64,000 nt of DNA from an uncultured Acetatifactor sp. (GCA_949840885.1 CATKYJ010000002.1:14115-78114), one strand, 5' to 3'; numbered from the stretch's first letter, positions 51,007-61,895 are shown. Translations and numbers: made by a program. The notes: generated by a model from the letters alone, not told the origin.

Positions 51007-52701
51007 CTATTTCATGGATTCCTTATATGCCGCAAATGCCGCTTCCTGAATCTGGATGTACTCGTCCAGTCCCATCTCTTTCAGCTTCTGGATATAGCCA
51101 TCCCATTCTTCCTCGATGCCTCCGTCTACTACCCAGTGGGAATACTGAGTGTTTACATAGGGGCTGATGTCCGAAGAAAGAGTGGTCAGGCGTTCCAGTT
51201 CCTCATCCGTATAATGTACCATGGGCAAGCCTATGTTCCGATCCAAGGTCACATACTGCTCATTGATGGAATCCTCCGCGCGCTTCACGCCATCCCCCTC
51301 CTCCACGGGAAGAATCACGTTTTCCTCAAATGCAGGATCCATCCACTTGGGACCGTAGTCCCTCAGGGAATGGCACCATGCGAACGTATCCATGGAAGTG
51401 CCGTCTGTAGGCCTGTCTACGGAATAGGTGCCATCGCCATTGTCCGTGATGGCCACGCCGATTTCCCCATAGGTCATTTGCAGAGATGCCAGATCTGTAT
51501 AAAAGCTGTCCGCCCAACGCAGCAGCGCGTCCGGATCCTTACAGTTCTTTGTAATCACAAGTTCCCTGTCCGTCACATCCAGATAGTCCGTAGCAGATTC
51601 CAGATAATGGATGCCATTCCATCCCTCTACGGCTTCCAGCACTTCAAACTGCCCCACATTCATTCCCACCTGAGAGTCGGCCGTCCAGCCAAAAATCAAC
51701 CCTACCTGGGAGCCTCCCTCTGCCTGCTGCTTGGCCTGTCTGGTAGAACCGTCCTGGGTAAACCGCTCCGGATCCACGATGCCCTGCTCCCACAGACTCC
51801 GCATCCACTTCACTGCCTCTTTATAATTCTCCTGTACCGGCACGAATACAGGCTCGCCATCGTTGTTCAGCCCCATCCAGTTCCCGTCGCGGCTCACCAT
51901 GGTTCCGAAAGGACTCAACACATGCCACAGGTCATCGAACAGGGGCGCGCCTGAATCCCCCGTGAGAGGGAATTCATTGTTGGGATCCCCGTCGCCGTCC
52001 GCATCCTCCTCTTTGAATTTCAACAGCACCTCTGTAAGTTCGTCTATCGTCGTAGGCATCTCCAGGTTCAGACGCTCCAGCCATTCCCTGTTGATATACG
52101 CCATGTCGCCGTTCACCTTGGGCCGCATGGCAAGACGCTTAGGCAGGCTGTATATCTTTCCGTCACGGCCTGTACAGATGGCGCGCAGCACCGGGTCTGC
52201 CTCCATAGCTTTGGTCAGGTTCGGCATATCCGCAATCTTGTCTGTCAAGTCTACAAAATACTCCCTGTTCATCGCGATATCGCTGGCGGTGAGGGTGATG
52301 GACCCCAGGAACGCATCCGGCAGATCCTCAGAGGCCAAAAGCAGGGACCTCTGTTCGCTCCAGTCGCCGTAGGAATAAATCTCCCACTCAATGTTAATGC
52401 CTGCCTTTTCCTCCATCTCTTTCATAAAGCCCTCAGACAGGAAGTCCGTAGGCCAATTGCCGTCCCAGCGCACTGTCACTATTTTAAATGTGGGACGCTC
52501 ATCCTGGGAAGATGCTTCACCGGAAGCCTCACCGCCCTTATCCGCCTGCCCTGATGACTGCTCTTTCGTCTGCTCCTCCACACTGTTTCCCTGGGATTCC
52601 TGAGTCTTGTCCCCGTCCCCTGAGCCGCATCCTGTGAGCGTGCCAGCAGCCATGGCGGCCGCCAGCATCAGGCTAAACCACTTTTTCGTGTTCTTTCTCA
52701 T
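51007..52701 (-). CDS. Carbohydrate ABC transporter solute-binding lipoprotein
   Basis: Lipobox LTGC, DGKIYSLP, YINREWLERL, DADGDGDPNNE Ca-binding-like loop. Confidence 0.9.
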   Translation of the reverse strand: MRKNTKKWFSLMLAAAMAAGTLTGCGSGDGDKTQESQGNSVEEQTKEQSSGQADKGGEASGEASSQDERPTFKIVTVRWDGNWPTDFLSEGFMKEMEEKAGINIEWEIYSYGDWSEQRSLLLASEDLPDAFLGSITLTASDIAMNREYFVDLTDKIADMPNLTKAMEADPVLRAICTGRDGKIYSLPKRLAMRPKVNGDMAYINREWLERLNLEMPTTIDELTEVLLKFKEEDADGDGDPNNEFPLTGDSGAPLFDDLWHVLSPFGTMVSRDGNWMGLNNDGEPVFVPVQENYKEAVKWMRSLWEQGIVDPERFTQDGSTRQAKQQAEGGSQVGLIFGWTADSQVGMNVGQFEVLEAVEGWNGIHYLESATDYLDVTDRELVITKNCKDPDALLRWADSFYTDLASLQMTYGEIGVAITDNGDGTYSVDRPTDGTSMDTFAWCHSLRDYGPKWMDPAFEENVILPVEEGDGVKRAEDSINEQYVTLDRNIGLPMVHYTDEELERLTTLSSDISPYVNTQYSHWVVDGGIEEEWDGYIQKLKEMGLDEYIQIQEAAFAAYKESMK

Positions 52702-52777
52702 AACCTTTCTCCTTTTCATTTTTGTTTTTTCCTTTTTGTTACCTTTATAAAAATTTTTCATCTTTATAAACTATAGA

Positions 52778-53692
52778 TCATCCTTTCAGTGATCCCAGCA
52801 TGACGCCCTGATTGAAGTACTTCTGTACGAATGGATACATGCACATGATGGGCGCGGAGGATACCACGATCACCGCGTACTTGATCAGATCCGACAGGGC
52901 CTTTGCCTCCTGACCGGCCATGCCCGTGAGCATGTTCCCCATGTTCTTGTTCACGATCAGGATATTCCGCAGTGCGATCTGCAGAGGCTGCAGTTCCGGA
53001 CTCCTTAAGTAGATCAGCGCGTTGAAATAGGCGTTCCACTGCCCCACAGCCGTCCACAAAGCGATCACCGACAGGATGGCCTTGGACAGAGGGAGCGTAA
53101 TCCGGAAGAAAAACCCGATGTACCCGCAGCCGTCCAATTGGGCCGCCTCCCAGAGATCCTCCGGAATGCTGTTGTCGAAGAACGTCCTGGCCACGATGAT
53201 GTAGTAAGTCACCACCGCAAAGGGCACGAACATCACCCAGACCGTATCCAGCAGGGAAAATCCCTTGATCACCAAGTAGGTGGGAATCAGTCCCCCGGAG
53301 AAGAACATGGGAATCAGATAAAACACATGAAAGAACTTCCGCCCGTACATCCGCTTCCGGGAAAGGGCATAAGCCGCGGGAATGTTCACCGCCAAGGTGG
53401 TCAAAGTTCCCGCAATCACATAAAATATGGTATTCCGGTAACCGATCCACAGTTGCTCGTATTCCATGATCTTCCGGTAGGCTTTCAGGCTCACGTTCCG
53501 GGGGATGAGGAAAATCTCCCCCGTAGAGACCAGGAAAGGATCGCTGAAAGATGCTATCACTATGAAATACATAGGATACAGCACAATCAGCGCAATAACT
53601 CCTGCCAGGGCATACATGAAGAAATCGAAAATCCTGTCTTCCCTTGACTTTTTGACCTTGACCCCTACCCGGGACACCGCGTTTCGTTTCAT
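52778..53692 (-). CDS. Carbohydrate ABC transporter permease
   Basis: FFSGGLIPTY, DLWEAAQLDG, YPFVQKYF. Confidence 0.92.
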   Translation of the reverse strand: MKRNAVSRVGVKVKKSREDRIFDFFMYALAGVIALIVLYPMYFIVIASFSDPFLVSTGEIFLIPRNVSLKAYRKIMEYEQLWIGYRNTIFYVIAGTLTTLAVNIPAAYALSRKRMYGRKFFHVFYLIPMFFSGGLIPTYLVIKGFSLLDTVWVMFVPFAVVTYYIIVARTFFDNSIPEDLWEAAQLDGCGYIGFFFRITLPLSKAILSVIALWTAVGQWNAYFNALIYLRSPELQPLQIALRNILIVNKNMGNMLTGMAGQEAKALSDLIKYAVIVVSSAPIMCMYPFVQKYFNQGVMLGSLKG

Positions 53693-53707
53693 GTTGACCA
53701 CCTTTCT

Positions 53708-54649
53708 CTATAGAAGCGATGTATCGCTGAGCTTCCTGGAAATCCAGTTCACCAGTAGCAGCAGAACCAGATTGATGGCATTGTTGAACAGGCCAATAGC
53801 CGAGGACAGGCTGTACTGGCTGCTGAGAAGCCCCATTTTGTATACATATGTAGAAATAATCTCGCTGGTACTGCTGTTTAAGGAATTCTGCAGCAGATAC
53901 ACTTTCTCGAATCCCACGTTCATGACGCCGCCCATGCGCAGGATGAACATCACCGTAGCCGTAGGGAGCAGGTGAGGGATGTCGATGTAGCGCATCCTGT
54001 GCCACTTGGAGGCGCCGTCCATCCTGGCGGCCTCGTACAGCTCCGGGTCTACGGAGGAGAGGGCCGCTATGTACACGATGCTGTCCCAGCCCACATGCTG
54101 CCAGGCCTCCGTCCACACGTAGATATGGGGGAAAGCCGGTGCGGAGCCCATAAGATTTGGCAGCTTGAAGCCGAACAGTCCCACGATTTTCGCAATCACC
54201 CCGCTGCTGGGCGACAGGAACAGTATAATCATTCCCGCCATGACCACTGTGGAGATGAAATGGGGCAGATAAGTGGACACCTGAAAAAATTTTTTGAACT
54301 TCAGCGCTTTCATCTGGTTGCACATCAGCGCCAGGGCCACTGGCAGGGGAAATGTGACCAGGATAGTATAAAGGCTGATCACCACAGTGTTGCGGATGGT
54401 GGGAATGAACTGATAGGAGCTGAAGAACTGCCTGAAATATTTCAGTCCCGCCCAGTCGCTGTCCAGGATCCCCCTGGCCGGCTTGAAATCCTTGAAAGCG
54501 ATGACCACGCCGTACATGGGGTAATAGGTGAATACCAGAAACAGGAGAATGGAGGGCAGCAACAGAAGATAGAGAGGCCAGCTCTTCTGTACGCCTTTCA
54601 CAAATCCTGTGGAGTTTGGTTTTCTGACACTGCTCTTCATGGCTGACAT
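53708..54649 (-). CDS. Carbohydrate ABC transporter permease
   Basis: YYPMYG, YLPHFIS, ELYEAARMDGA, IISTYVY. Confidence 0.92.
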   Translation of the reverse strand: MSAMKSSVRKPNSTGFVKGVQKSWPLYLLLLPSILLFLVFTYYPMYGVVIAFKDFKPARGILDSDWAGLKYFRQFFSSYQFIPTIRNTVVISLYTILVTFPLPVALALMCNQMKALKFKKFFQVSTYLPHFISTVVMAGMIILFLSPSSGVIAKIVGLFGFKLPNLMGSAPAFPHIYVWTEAWQHVGWDSIVYIAALSSVDPELYEAARMDGASKWHRMRYIDIPHLLPTATVMFILRMGGVMNVGFEKVYLLQNSLNSSTSEIISTYVYKMGLLSSQYSLSSAIGLFNNAINLVLLLLVNWISRKLSDTSLL

Positions 54650-54908
54650 CCTTTCCTGTATGGCTTTCGGTTTTGTTTCGGTTCCCTGAGTTGTATTTAT
54701 CTTACCTTATTTTTCCCCTTGTATCTGTAACAGAACCGTTCTCTTTGTATCAAAAATAAGGTTTTTTTACTTATTAGTGTTTTCCCGGCTTTTCATGGCG
54801 GCCGGGCAAAGCGCATTTTTGTCATTCCATGTCATATTTTTGTTATTGCATCCTGTACCCGCCCTTATGCCGCGCACGGCAAACTTCCCATTGCGGGCAT
54901 TCGCATAG

Positions 54909-54943
54909 AAAAAGCCGGGCTTCCGCTTTTCGGAAATCCGGCT
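54909..54943 (-). terminator. Probable terminator after response regulator
   Basis: AGCCGGATTTCCG...CGGAAGCCCGGCT followed by a T run on minus strand. Confidence 0.6.
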
Positions 54944-54962
54944 CTTTACGCTTCTATCTCTC

Positions 54963-56528
54963 TTATTGATTTCTGTATTCATTGGGGGTACACCCCACCA
55001 ACTCCCGGAACGTTTTGCTGAAGTAGGAGAAATTGCTGTATCCTACTTTCATTGCCACCTCTCCGATAGTAAGGGACGTTCCGTCCAGATACTCTTTTGC
55101 CCGCTCCATCCTCCGGGAGGCAATGTAGGCAGGTATGGACATACCCGTCTCCCTGGCGAACAGCTTCGACAGATAGTCCTCCGACAGACAGGCCTTTCTG
55201 GCCAGGAGCGAGCGGCTGATATCCTCTCCCAGACACTGCTCGATATACCCTTTTACCACCTCAATGGCATTTTCCGTCTGGCCCTCCTCCCTCCAGGCCT
55301 CCTCCAGCGCCCCGAACAGATATCCCACATATCCTTTCATGTGCTTCAGGGAAATCATGGATTCAAATTTCCTCCGCCCCATCTCGTCCCTGTCATAGAT
55401 CTGCTCCATGTTTCTGCCCTGTATGCTTATGGCTCTGAGCAGGAAAATGGACATCTCCTGCTGGAATGTATTCAGGTATTCCCGCTTCCACCCGCCGCCA
55501 GCCTGAACTTCCTCCAGAAAAGCACAAATCGCTTCTTTCACTGCCGCCCTGCTTCCCAGATGGTTCAGCATCCGCCACCATGTCTCCCAGGGCGGCTGGG
55601 GGCAGGCCTCCGCACAGGTCCAGTCGGCTGCATAGATGACGCCGTATCCGTCGTCCAGCGCATTTTCCTCCACGTATTCCAAGCAGCCAAAGAGCGCCTC
55701 CGCCTCCGGGAATCTGCCGTCCTCCCCGATGTAGATACAGCTTCCCTCGAAGACACTCTGTTCCAGGTTCCGCTTCAGGTCACTGATGCAGGCAGCAAAG
55801 GTCTCATCCTCCCTCTCCTCCAGTACCAGCACCCACTGGTAATCCTGAATACCCACGATGGCTTCCAGCCTTTTTCCGGCGTTGCCGAAAATCTCCAGCG
55901 CGATATTGTTCAGCACGAAATCATAGAGGGCTATGTCTTTTTTGTAATGCTCGCCTGACGGGTTCACCCAGGCCCGCAGGATCACCAGCTTTAAGGGGGA
56001 GTCCTCTTTGTATAAGCCCTCCAAAAGCGCCGTCTCCACCAGCTTTCTGCCATCGCTTCTGACCCGCAGGAGGCTGTTCCAGAACGCCTCCTTGCGCCCC
56101 TCCAGGGATTTCCGCCCCTGCTTCTTTTTCTTTCTCACTATGTCCGCCACTTGGGCAATCCGCTCCTCAAGCCCTGCATTGGAGATGGGCTTGAGCAGAT
56201 AATCCCTGGCGGAATACCGCACGGCGGCCTGGGCGTAGGCGAAATTGGCATAGCTGCTTAAGAAGACACATTCTATGTCCTGATTCCGGTTCCGAAGCCA
56301 CTCCAAAAGCTCCAGGCCGCTGCCCTGGGGCATGTCCACATCGCACAGCAGGATGTCGATGGGATATTCCTGGAACTGCGCTTTGGCCTGGCGGATATTG
56401 TAGGCGGTGAATACCATGGATATCCCGCAGATGTCCCAGTTTACGGTGTCTTTGTATTTTTCTACGAGAAGTTTGTCGTCGTCCACAAGCAATATACTCA
56501 CGCCCGGCGCTGAATCTTTCATTTCCAT
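54963..56528 (-). CDS. Response regulator, receiver + AraC HTH (YesN-like)
   Basis: LVDDD, CDVDMP, YLLKP; YLSKLFARETG...YFSKTF. Confidence 0.92.
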   Translation of the reverse strand: MEMKDSAPGVSILLVDDDKLLVEKYKDTVNWDICGISMVFTAYNIRQAKAQFQEYPIDILLCDVDMPQGSGLELLEWLRNRNQDIECVFLSSYANFAYAQAAVRYSARDYLLKPISNAGLEERIAQVADIVRKKKKQGRKSLEGRKEAFWNSLLRVRSDGRKLVETALLEGLYKEDSPLKLVILRAWVNPSGEHYKKDIALYDFVLNNIALEIFGNAGKRLEAIVGIQDYQWVLVLEEREDETFAACISDLKRNLEQSVFEGSCIYIGEDGRFPEAEALFGCLEYVEENALDDGYGVIYAADWTCAEACPQPPWETWWRMLNHLGSRAAVKEAICAFLEEVQAGGGWKREYLNTFQQEMSIFLLRAISIQGRNMEQIYDRDEMGRRKFESMISLKHMKGYVGYLFGALEEAWREEGQTENAIEVVKGYIEQCLGEDISRSLLARKACLSEDYLSKLFARETGMSIPAYIASRRMERAKEYLDGTSLTIGEVAMKVGYSNFSYFSKTFRELVGCTPNEYRNQ

Positions 56529-56535
56529 GTCCTGC

Positions 56536-58263
56536 CTACCCAATCAATACCTTTTTTCCCTCAAATGCAAAGCCATACTTGCGTATCCGCTCCGCGGGTA
56601 TGCCCTTTGCCTCCAGCGAGGCGGCATACTGCTTTTCTTCAATCTGTTCCAGTGCGGCTGCTACGGTGTCCTGAAGCGTCTTTTCATCTTCCGGGTCATA
56701 GACTTTGAATTCGATAATAATTGCATCTTTGCTGCGATTATTTTTGATGGCATCTTTGGCATATCCCCCACAGGGCTCCAGCATCACGTCATAGCGGCCA
56801 AATCCGCTCTCCCGATTGGACGTAATCGCATACTGCCCCGCCAAGTCTACCATCAGCCCCAGCACAAAGCCATGGTAGAATCGCTCTGGCTCCGTATATT
56901 CAGAGGGCTTGTTTCCTGTGTCGAAGCAGCTGAATGTAGCCAAAGCCACCCGGTTCATGTAAGAATTCATAGCCTTTTTGTCCCCCAGAAGCAGTGCCTT
57001 GATAAAGTCATTGTAGGCAGGGGTATAGCGGGCGAACCACTCTTCTATCATAGTTTTGAACATCTGACAGACTTCCCGGTTGGTCAGCGCCAGCTCGTAT
57101 TCCTCCCTGCCGTCTTTTAAGATGTAATCCACCGCTTTCAGATAGCCGCTGGCCAAAAGCAGGCTCCAAATGGCGCTTTCGTTATGGGGCAGCTGGTTGA
57201 ATATGATTTGTTCGTCTATTTCGGTACGGAACGATTTCCCCTCAAGCAAATCCTCCATGATCAATTTAACACTTGCGCTCCCTTCGCGAATCAGCTTTCC
57301 CACCAGGCCGTTGGAGCTGGTGTTAGCCCAGTAGGAGGCGCATTTTTTCTTGTCCAGGAAGTTCAGAATCGACCAGGGATTATAGATATCCTTTTTCCCC
57401 CCAAATATAAAACCGTCATACCAGTTCTTCACTTCTTCCCTGCTGTCTTCCATCCCGTATTCGTCCAGCGCCGCGAATACCTCCCGCTCCGTGAATCCAA
57501 ATGCGTCTGTATATTTATCAGAGGTGGTAGACACTACTTCCAGATTATTCAGGTCAGAAAAAATAGATTCCTTGCTGATTCTCGTAATCCCTGTCATGAT
57601 CGCCCGTTCAAAGTAGGGGTTGGTCTTGAAAGTCGTGTTAAATAGATTTCTGATGAACCCCACCATCTCCTCCCAGAACCCATGTATATACGCCTCCTGC
57701 ATGGGAGTATCGTATTCGTCCAGCAGGATGATGACTTTCTTTCCATAATATCGGTACAGATATTCCGACATCCTATGCAGCGCCATGGTGGCAATGACCT
57801 CCGGCATATCCATGCGCACACTATTATATTCCGCTTTCTCTGCATCTGACAGGAAATTCCCCTCCAACAGGAACGTATTTTTATGATATAAGTTTGTTAA
57901 AATCTGGCCGAAACGCAATTTGGTGTTCTGATAGTCAGACTCTTTCACATTGGCAAACGACAGGCTTATAACCGGCCATGTCCCCTGGAGTCTACGGTAC
58001 TTGTAATCTCCGTCAGGACATTTTTCCTGCCAAATCTCCAGCCCCTCAAACAAATCCCCCCGGCCCGCATACTCTATGGAAAAAAACTTCTCCAGCATGC
58101 TCATATTCAGGGTCTTTCCAAAACGCCTGGGGCGGGTAATCAAGGTCACAGCGTCCTCATTCTCCCACCACTCCCGGATGAACATGGTCTTATCCACATA
58201 AAAAATTTTCTTTGTAATAACCTGCTCAAAATCCTGATGGCCTATTCCAACGGTTCTTGCCAT
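56536..58263 (-). CDS. AAA ATPase fused to C-terminal PD-(D/E)XK nuclease
   Basis: YVDKT, RPRRFGKT, LLDEYD, YNPWS, SNRESGFGRYDV...IIIEFK, QIEEKQY; GGAGG RBS. Confidence 0.9.
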   Translation of the reverse strand: MARTVGIGHQDFEQVITKKIFYVDKTMFIREWWENEDAVTLITRPRRFGKTLNMSMLEKFFSIEYAGRGDLFEGLEIWQEKCPDGDYKYRRLQGTWPVISLSFANVKESDYQNTKLRFGQILTNLYHKNTFLLEGNFLSDAEKAEYNSVRMDMPEVIATMALHRMSEYLYRYYGKKVIILLDEYDTPMQEAYIHGFWEEMVGFIRNLFNTTFKTNPYFERAIMTGITRISKESIFSDLNNLEVVSTTSDKYTDAFGFTEREVFAALDEYGMEDSREEVKNWYDGFIFGGKKDIYNPWSILNFLDKKKCASYWANTSSNGLVGKLIREGSASVKLIMEDLLEGKSFRTEIDEQIIFNQLPHNESAIWSLLLASGYLKAVDYILKDGREEYELALTNREVCQMFKTMIEEWFARYTPAYNDFIKALLLGDKKAMNSYMNRVALATFSCFDTGNKPSEYTEPERFYHGFVLGLMVDLAGQYAITSNRESGFGRYDVMLEPCGGYAKDAIKNNRSKDAIIIEFKVYDPEDEKTLQDTVAAALEQIEEKQYAASLEAKGIPAERIRKYGFAFEGKKVLIG

Positions 58264-58480
58264 ATAACACCTCCCCAATATGCGCGTTCCGCTTTCCGAA
58301 TCCCAGTCCTGTCTCATTCTGCCTTAAGCAAATAGTACCATATTTCCGGTCGGCTTTCAACATTGCTTTTCCGTGCATCCTCCTGTTGCCAACCGGAGGC
58401 AAACATGCTACAATCACGAAAGAGACCTGTCGAAACAGGGATGCCCTGAAAAAGAAAATATTTGTAGAAACGAGGAAACT

Positions 58481-58786
58481 ATGAAAGAGACAAGGAAACA
58501 GAATGAAAAAAAGAAAAGAAACTCCCGGCAGATTGTGGCCATGGCCGGCGTGGTGCTGCTGGTTCTTTTGTATGTGGTCACCCTTATCACCGCTATTGCG
58601 GACAACTCCCAGTCCGCCAAGTGGTTTCGGATCTGCCTGGTAGCCACTTTTGCCCTGCCGCTGATCCTCTGGCTCTATTCCTGGTTGCACGGCAGGCTCA
58701 CGGGGAAGTCCGCCATCGGCGACCCCCAGAACGCATCGCCCGAGGGAAATGCTTCTGGGAAAGCCGAAGAAAAGGCTATCGACTGA
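58481..58786 (+). CDS. Small hypothetical membrane protein (2 TM)
   Basis: GAGG RBS; basic N-terminus, two hydrophobic helices. Confidence 0.7.
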   Translation: MKETRKQNEKKKRNSRQIVAMAGVVLLVLLYVVTLITAIADNSQSAKWFRICLVATFALPLILWLYSWLHGRLTGKSAIGDPQNASPEGNASGKAEEKAID

Positions 58787-58859
58787 AACCAGATTACTGA
58801 ACGTGGACAAGGCTGGGTATCCGGATCCCATTCAGCAGATATGCCTGAATCAGATATTG

Positions 58860-59462
58860 TCAGTGAACCCCCAGCTCCCGCAGTTCTTCCTCCGCCTGCT
58901 CTTTGGTCTGAAAACAGATTCCGTAAAGCCCTAGCGCTCTGGCCGCCTCCACGTTGCCCGGGGTGTCGTCCAGGAACACGCTCTCCTCCTCTTTCAGGGA
59001 ATATCGGGTAAGCAGCCGCCTGTAGATCTCAGGGTCAGGTTTGACTACATTCTCCTGATAAGAAAGGATGCCGCCGTCCATAAAGGGCAGGAAATCCAGA
59101 GCATCCGCGCAGTCATCATAGGCTTTCTCCGAGAAATTGGACAGGTAGTATACCCGGTATCCTTTTGCCTGCAACTCCTGAATCCAGGGGATGGCGTAAT
59201 CCCGCCGTGTGACCATGCCTGTCACATTGGCGTAAGCCCTGCGAAGTTCCTCTTCTATCTCCGGATCTCTCGCGATAAATGCCTGCATCAGTTCCTCCAG
59301 GGACCATACGCCCCGGTCGATTTCGTTCCAGACAGGACTCTGGACGGAGGCTTTGGCAATGCGATCCACCATGGCCTCATTGAAGCCTTTCTTCTGCAAA
59401 AACTTCCTCCAGCTGAAATCCGTCAATACATTACCGATATCAAATATAATATTCCGAATCAT
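58860..59462 (-). CDS. HAD-family phosphatase
   Basis: IFDIGNV, YLSN, KPDPEIY, FLDD. Confidence 0.9.
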   Translation of the reverse strand: MIRNIIFDIGNVLTDFSWRKFLQKKGFNEAMVDRIAKASVQSPVWNEIDRGVWSLEELMQAFIARDPEIEEELRRAYANVTGMVTRRDYAIPWIQELQAKGYRVYYLSNFSEKAYDDCADALDFLPFMDGGILSYQENVVKPDPEIYRRLLTRYSLKEEESVFLDDTPGNVEAARALGLYGICFQTKEQAEEELRELGVH

Positions 59463-59481
59463 ATTTTTACCCCCCAGCCTG

Positions 59482-60375
59482 TTACTCCCGGCCGTCACGC
59501 ATGATTTCCAGCAGCTTCCCGGCCGCCGCCCCAAGGGGGCCTTTCCGGCTGGTGACCACACAGAACTCCCTTTTCGGTATCATTTTATTGAAGCGCAGCT
59601 CGAACAGCAGCCCGCTGTCCAGGGCTTCCGTGGCAAAGTCCCTGACCACGCAGCCTATCCCCAGGCTGCGCAGGGCGAACTGTACGATCATATCGCTGGT
59701 GGACAGCTCAAACTCCGGCTGCACCCACACGCCGTTCTCGGCCAGATAGGCGTCCATGTATGCCCTGGTGCTGGTGCTCCCCTCCAGGCAGATCAGGGGC
59801 AGCTTCTCCAACTCCTGGAGATCCAGCATCTTATTTTTATAAGAAATAAACCTGCGTCCGGCTACAAATACATCTTCTATCTCCCTGACCGGTTCCGCAC
59901 GGATATCACCCTCCTCCGGGAAAGGAGTGCTCACCACGCCGAAATCAATCTCTCCGGCCCGCAGGAGCTTCAGGGTCTCCGGGGTGGGCGCGTTGGCCAC
60001 GATGACCTTGATACCCGGGTATCTTTCGTGGAACGCCTCCAAAAAAGGGAGCAAATAAAATCGCAGGGTCATGTCGCTGGCGCCGATATGCACCTCCCCC
60101 AGTTCCAGGTTGAGCATCTGCCGCACCTTTTCCACGCCCCGCTCTATCTCCTCATAGCCTTTCTCCACATAGGCGTACAAAAGCTGCCCCTCTCCGGTAA
60201 GGCGCACGCCCCTGGAGGCCCGCTGGAACAATGTCACGCCCAGGCTCATCTCCAGGGCTTTCAGGGACTGGCTCACCGCGGGTTGGGAGAGGGAGAGCGC
60301 ATTGGCGGCTCCCGTAACGCTTCCTAATTTGGCAGTATAGTAAAACACCTTGAAATACTCCAGGTTTCCCACCAT
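59482..60375 (-). CDS. LysR-family transcriptional regulator
   Basis: GSVTGAANALSLSQPAVSQSLKALE...LF.R..RGVRLT HTH. Confidence 0.95.
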   Translation of the reverse strand: MVGNLEYFKVFYYTAKLGSVTGAANALSLSQPAVSQSLKALEMSLGVTLFQRASRGVRLTGEGQLLYAYVEKGYEEIERGVEKVRQMLNLELGEVHIGASDMTLRFYLLPFLEAFHERYPGIKVIVANAPTPETLKLLRAGEIDFGVVSTPFPEEGDIRAEPVREIEDVFVAGRRFISYKNKMLDLQELEKLPLICLEGSTSTRAYMDAYLAENGVWVQPEFELSTSDMIVQFALRSLGIGCVVRDFATEALDSGLLFELRFNKMIPKREFCVVTSRKGPLGAAAGKLLEIMRDGRE

Positions 60376-60449
60376 GGCTCTCCATGTGCCTCCTCTCCTG
60401 TCAACCCACAGGCACAGCGCTTTCTTTCAGCCGCCGCGGAATGTACCTC

Positions 60450-61742
60450 TCACCGCGCCAGCGCAGACTCCCTGTAAATGATATCATCCCGGCCCGGGCC
60501 ATTGCTGACCATGGTGATGGGATATCCGATCTGTTCTTCAATGAATTCAATGTAGTTCCGGCAGTTCTCCGGCAGATCTTCATATCTGCGGATGCCCCTG
60601 ATCTCACATTTCCAGCCGGGCAAGGTTTTCAGCACAGGTTTTGCCTTGGATAATTTACTGGTCACCGGGAAGTCCGTGGTGACCTCCCCATCGATCTCAT
60701 AGCCCACGCACACGGGAATCTCGTCCAGATAGCCCAGCACGTCCAGCACGGTAAAGGCCACGTCCGTGGTTCCCTGGAGGCGGCAGCCGTATTTGGAGGC
60801 CACACAGTCAAACCAACCCACTCTCCTGGGCCGGCCGGTGGTGGCGCCGTACTCCCCGCCGTCTCCGCCCCGACGGCGCAGCTCCTCCGCCCGATCCCCG
60901 AAGAGCTCGGACACAAAGGCTCCCGCGCCTACCGCGGAGGAATATGCCTTGCAGACCGTCACGATCTGTCTGATTGCATAGGGCGGCAGGCCTGCTCCGA
61001 TGGCGCCGAAAGCCGCCAGGGTGGAGGAAGAGGTCACCATGGGATAGATGCCGTGATCAGGGTCTTTCAGGGTGCCCAACTGGCCCTCCAGCAGCACCGT
61101 TTTGCCCTCTTTCAGGGCTTTGTCCAGAAATGCTGACACGTCACACACGTAAGGCGCTACCATGTCTCTGTAGGAGTGCAGCGTTTCCAGAAGTTCCTCT
61201 GGTTTTATTATAGGTTTGTGGTATAAATGCTCCAGCAGCGCGTTCTTCAGTTCGCAGACCCGTTTCGTTTTCTCTTCCAGTACTTCATCATCAAAAAGCT
61301 CGCTGACCTGGAAGCCGATTTTCGCATATTTGTCGGAATAGAAAGGCGCTATGCCGGACTTGGTGGAGCCAAAGGACTTTCCGCCCAGCCTTTCCTCCTC
61401 GTACTGGTCCAGCAAAATATGGTAGGGCATGACGATCTGCGCCCGGTCGGACACCAGCAGCTTAGGGGCAGGGACACCCCGCTCCACCAGGGACTGTACC
61501 TCCCCAAACAACAGAGGGATATTCAACGCCACCCCATTGCCGATGATATTCGTGATATGGCTGTAGAATACGCCGGACGGAAGCGTGTGCAGCGCGAACT
61601 TTCCGTAATCGTTCACGATGGTATGTCCCGCGTTGGCACCGCCCTGGAACCGGATGACGATATCCGCCTCCTGCGCCATCATGTCCGTAATCTTGCCTTT
61701 TCCCTCATCGCCCCAGTTGGCCCCTACGATTGCTTTGACCAT
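60450..61742 (-). CDS. purA: Adenylosuccinate synthetase
   Basis: GANWGDEGKGK, GGANAGHT, EGQLG, YGATTGRPRRVGWFD; GGAGG RBS. Confidence 0.96.
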   Translation of the reverse strand: MVKAIVGANWGDEGKGKITDMMAQEADIVIRFQGGANAGHTIVNDYGKFALHTLPSGVFYSHITNIIGNGVALNIPLLFGEVQSLVERGVPAPKLLVSDRAQIVMPYHILLDQYEEERLGGKSFGSTKSGIAPFYSDKYAKIGFQVSELFDDEVLEEKTKRVCELKNALLEHLYHKPIIKPEELLETLHSYRDMVAPYVCDVSAFLDKALKEGKTVLLEGQLGTLKDPDHGIYPMVTSSSTLAAFGAIGAGLPPYAIRQIVTVCKAYSSAVGAGAFVSELFGDRAEELRRRGGDGGEYGATTGRPRRVGWFDCVASKYGCRLQGTTDVAFTVLDVLGYLDEIPVCVGYEIDGEVTTDFPVTSKLSKAKPVLKTLPGWKCEIRGIRRYEDLPENCRNYIEFIEEQIGYPITMVSNGPGRDDIIYRESALAR

Positions 61743-61895
61743 AGTTCTCCTCCATTCCCTGCCCTCAGGCGGCAGGCTGTCATCCATTTCAATCTATGCT
61801 CCCGCACAGGAAGAGGCAGTTGTTCCCGTCAATGCGAAGATGCCATCCTGGAATCCCGGACAAGCCCGGATCCTATTATCTTCCTTTGCCATGCT

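Noticed and set aside
61750..61890. ZTP or purine riboswitch upstream of purA (GCCGCCTGAGGGCAG resembles the ZTP 3' hairpin)
   Set aside because: The conserved 5' aptamer and pseudoknot partner could not be found; a covariance-model search would be needed
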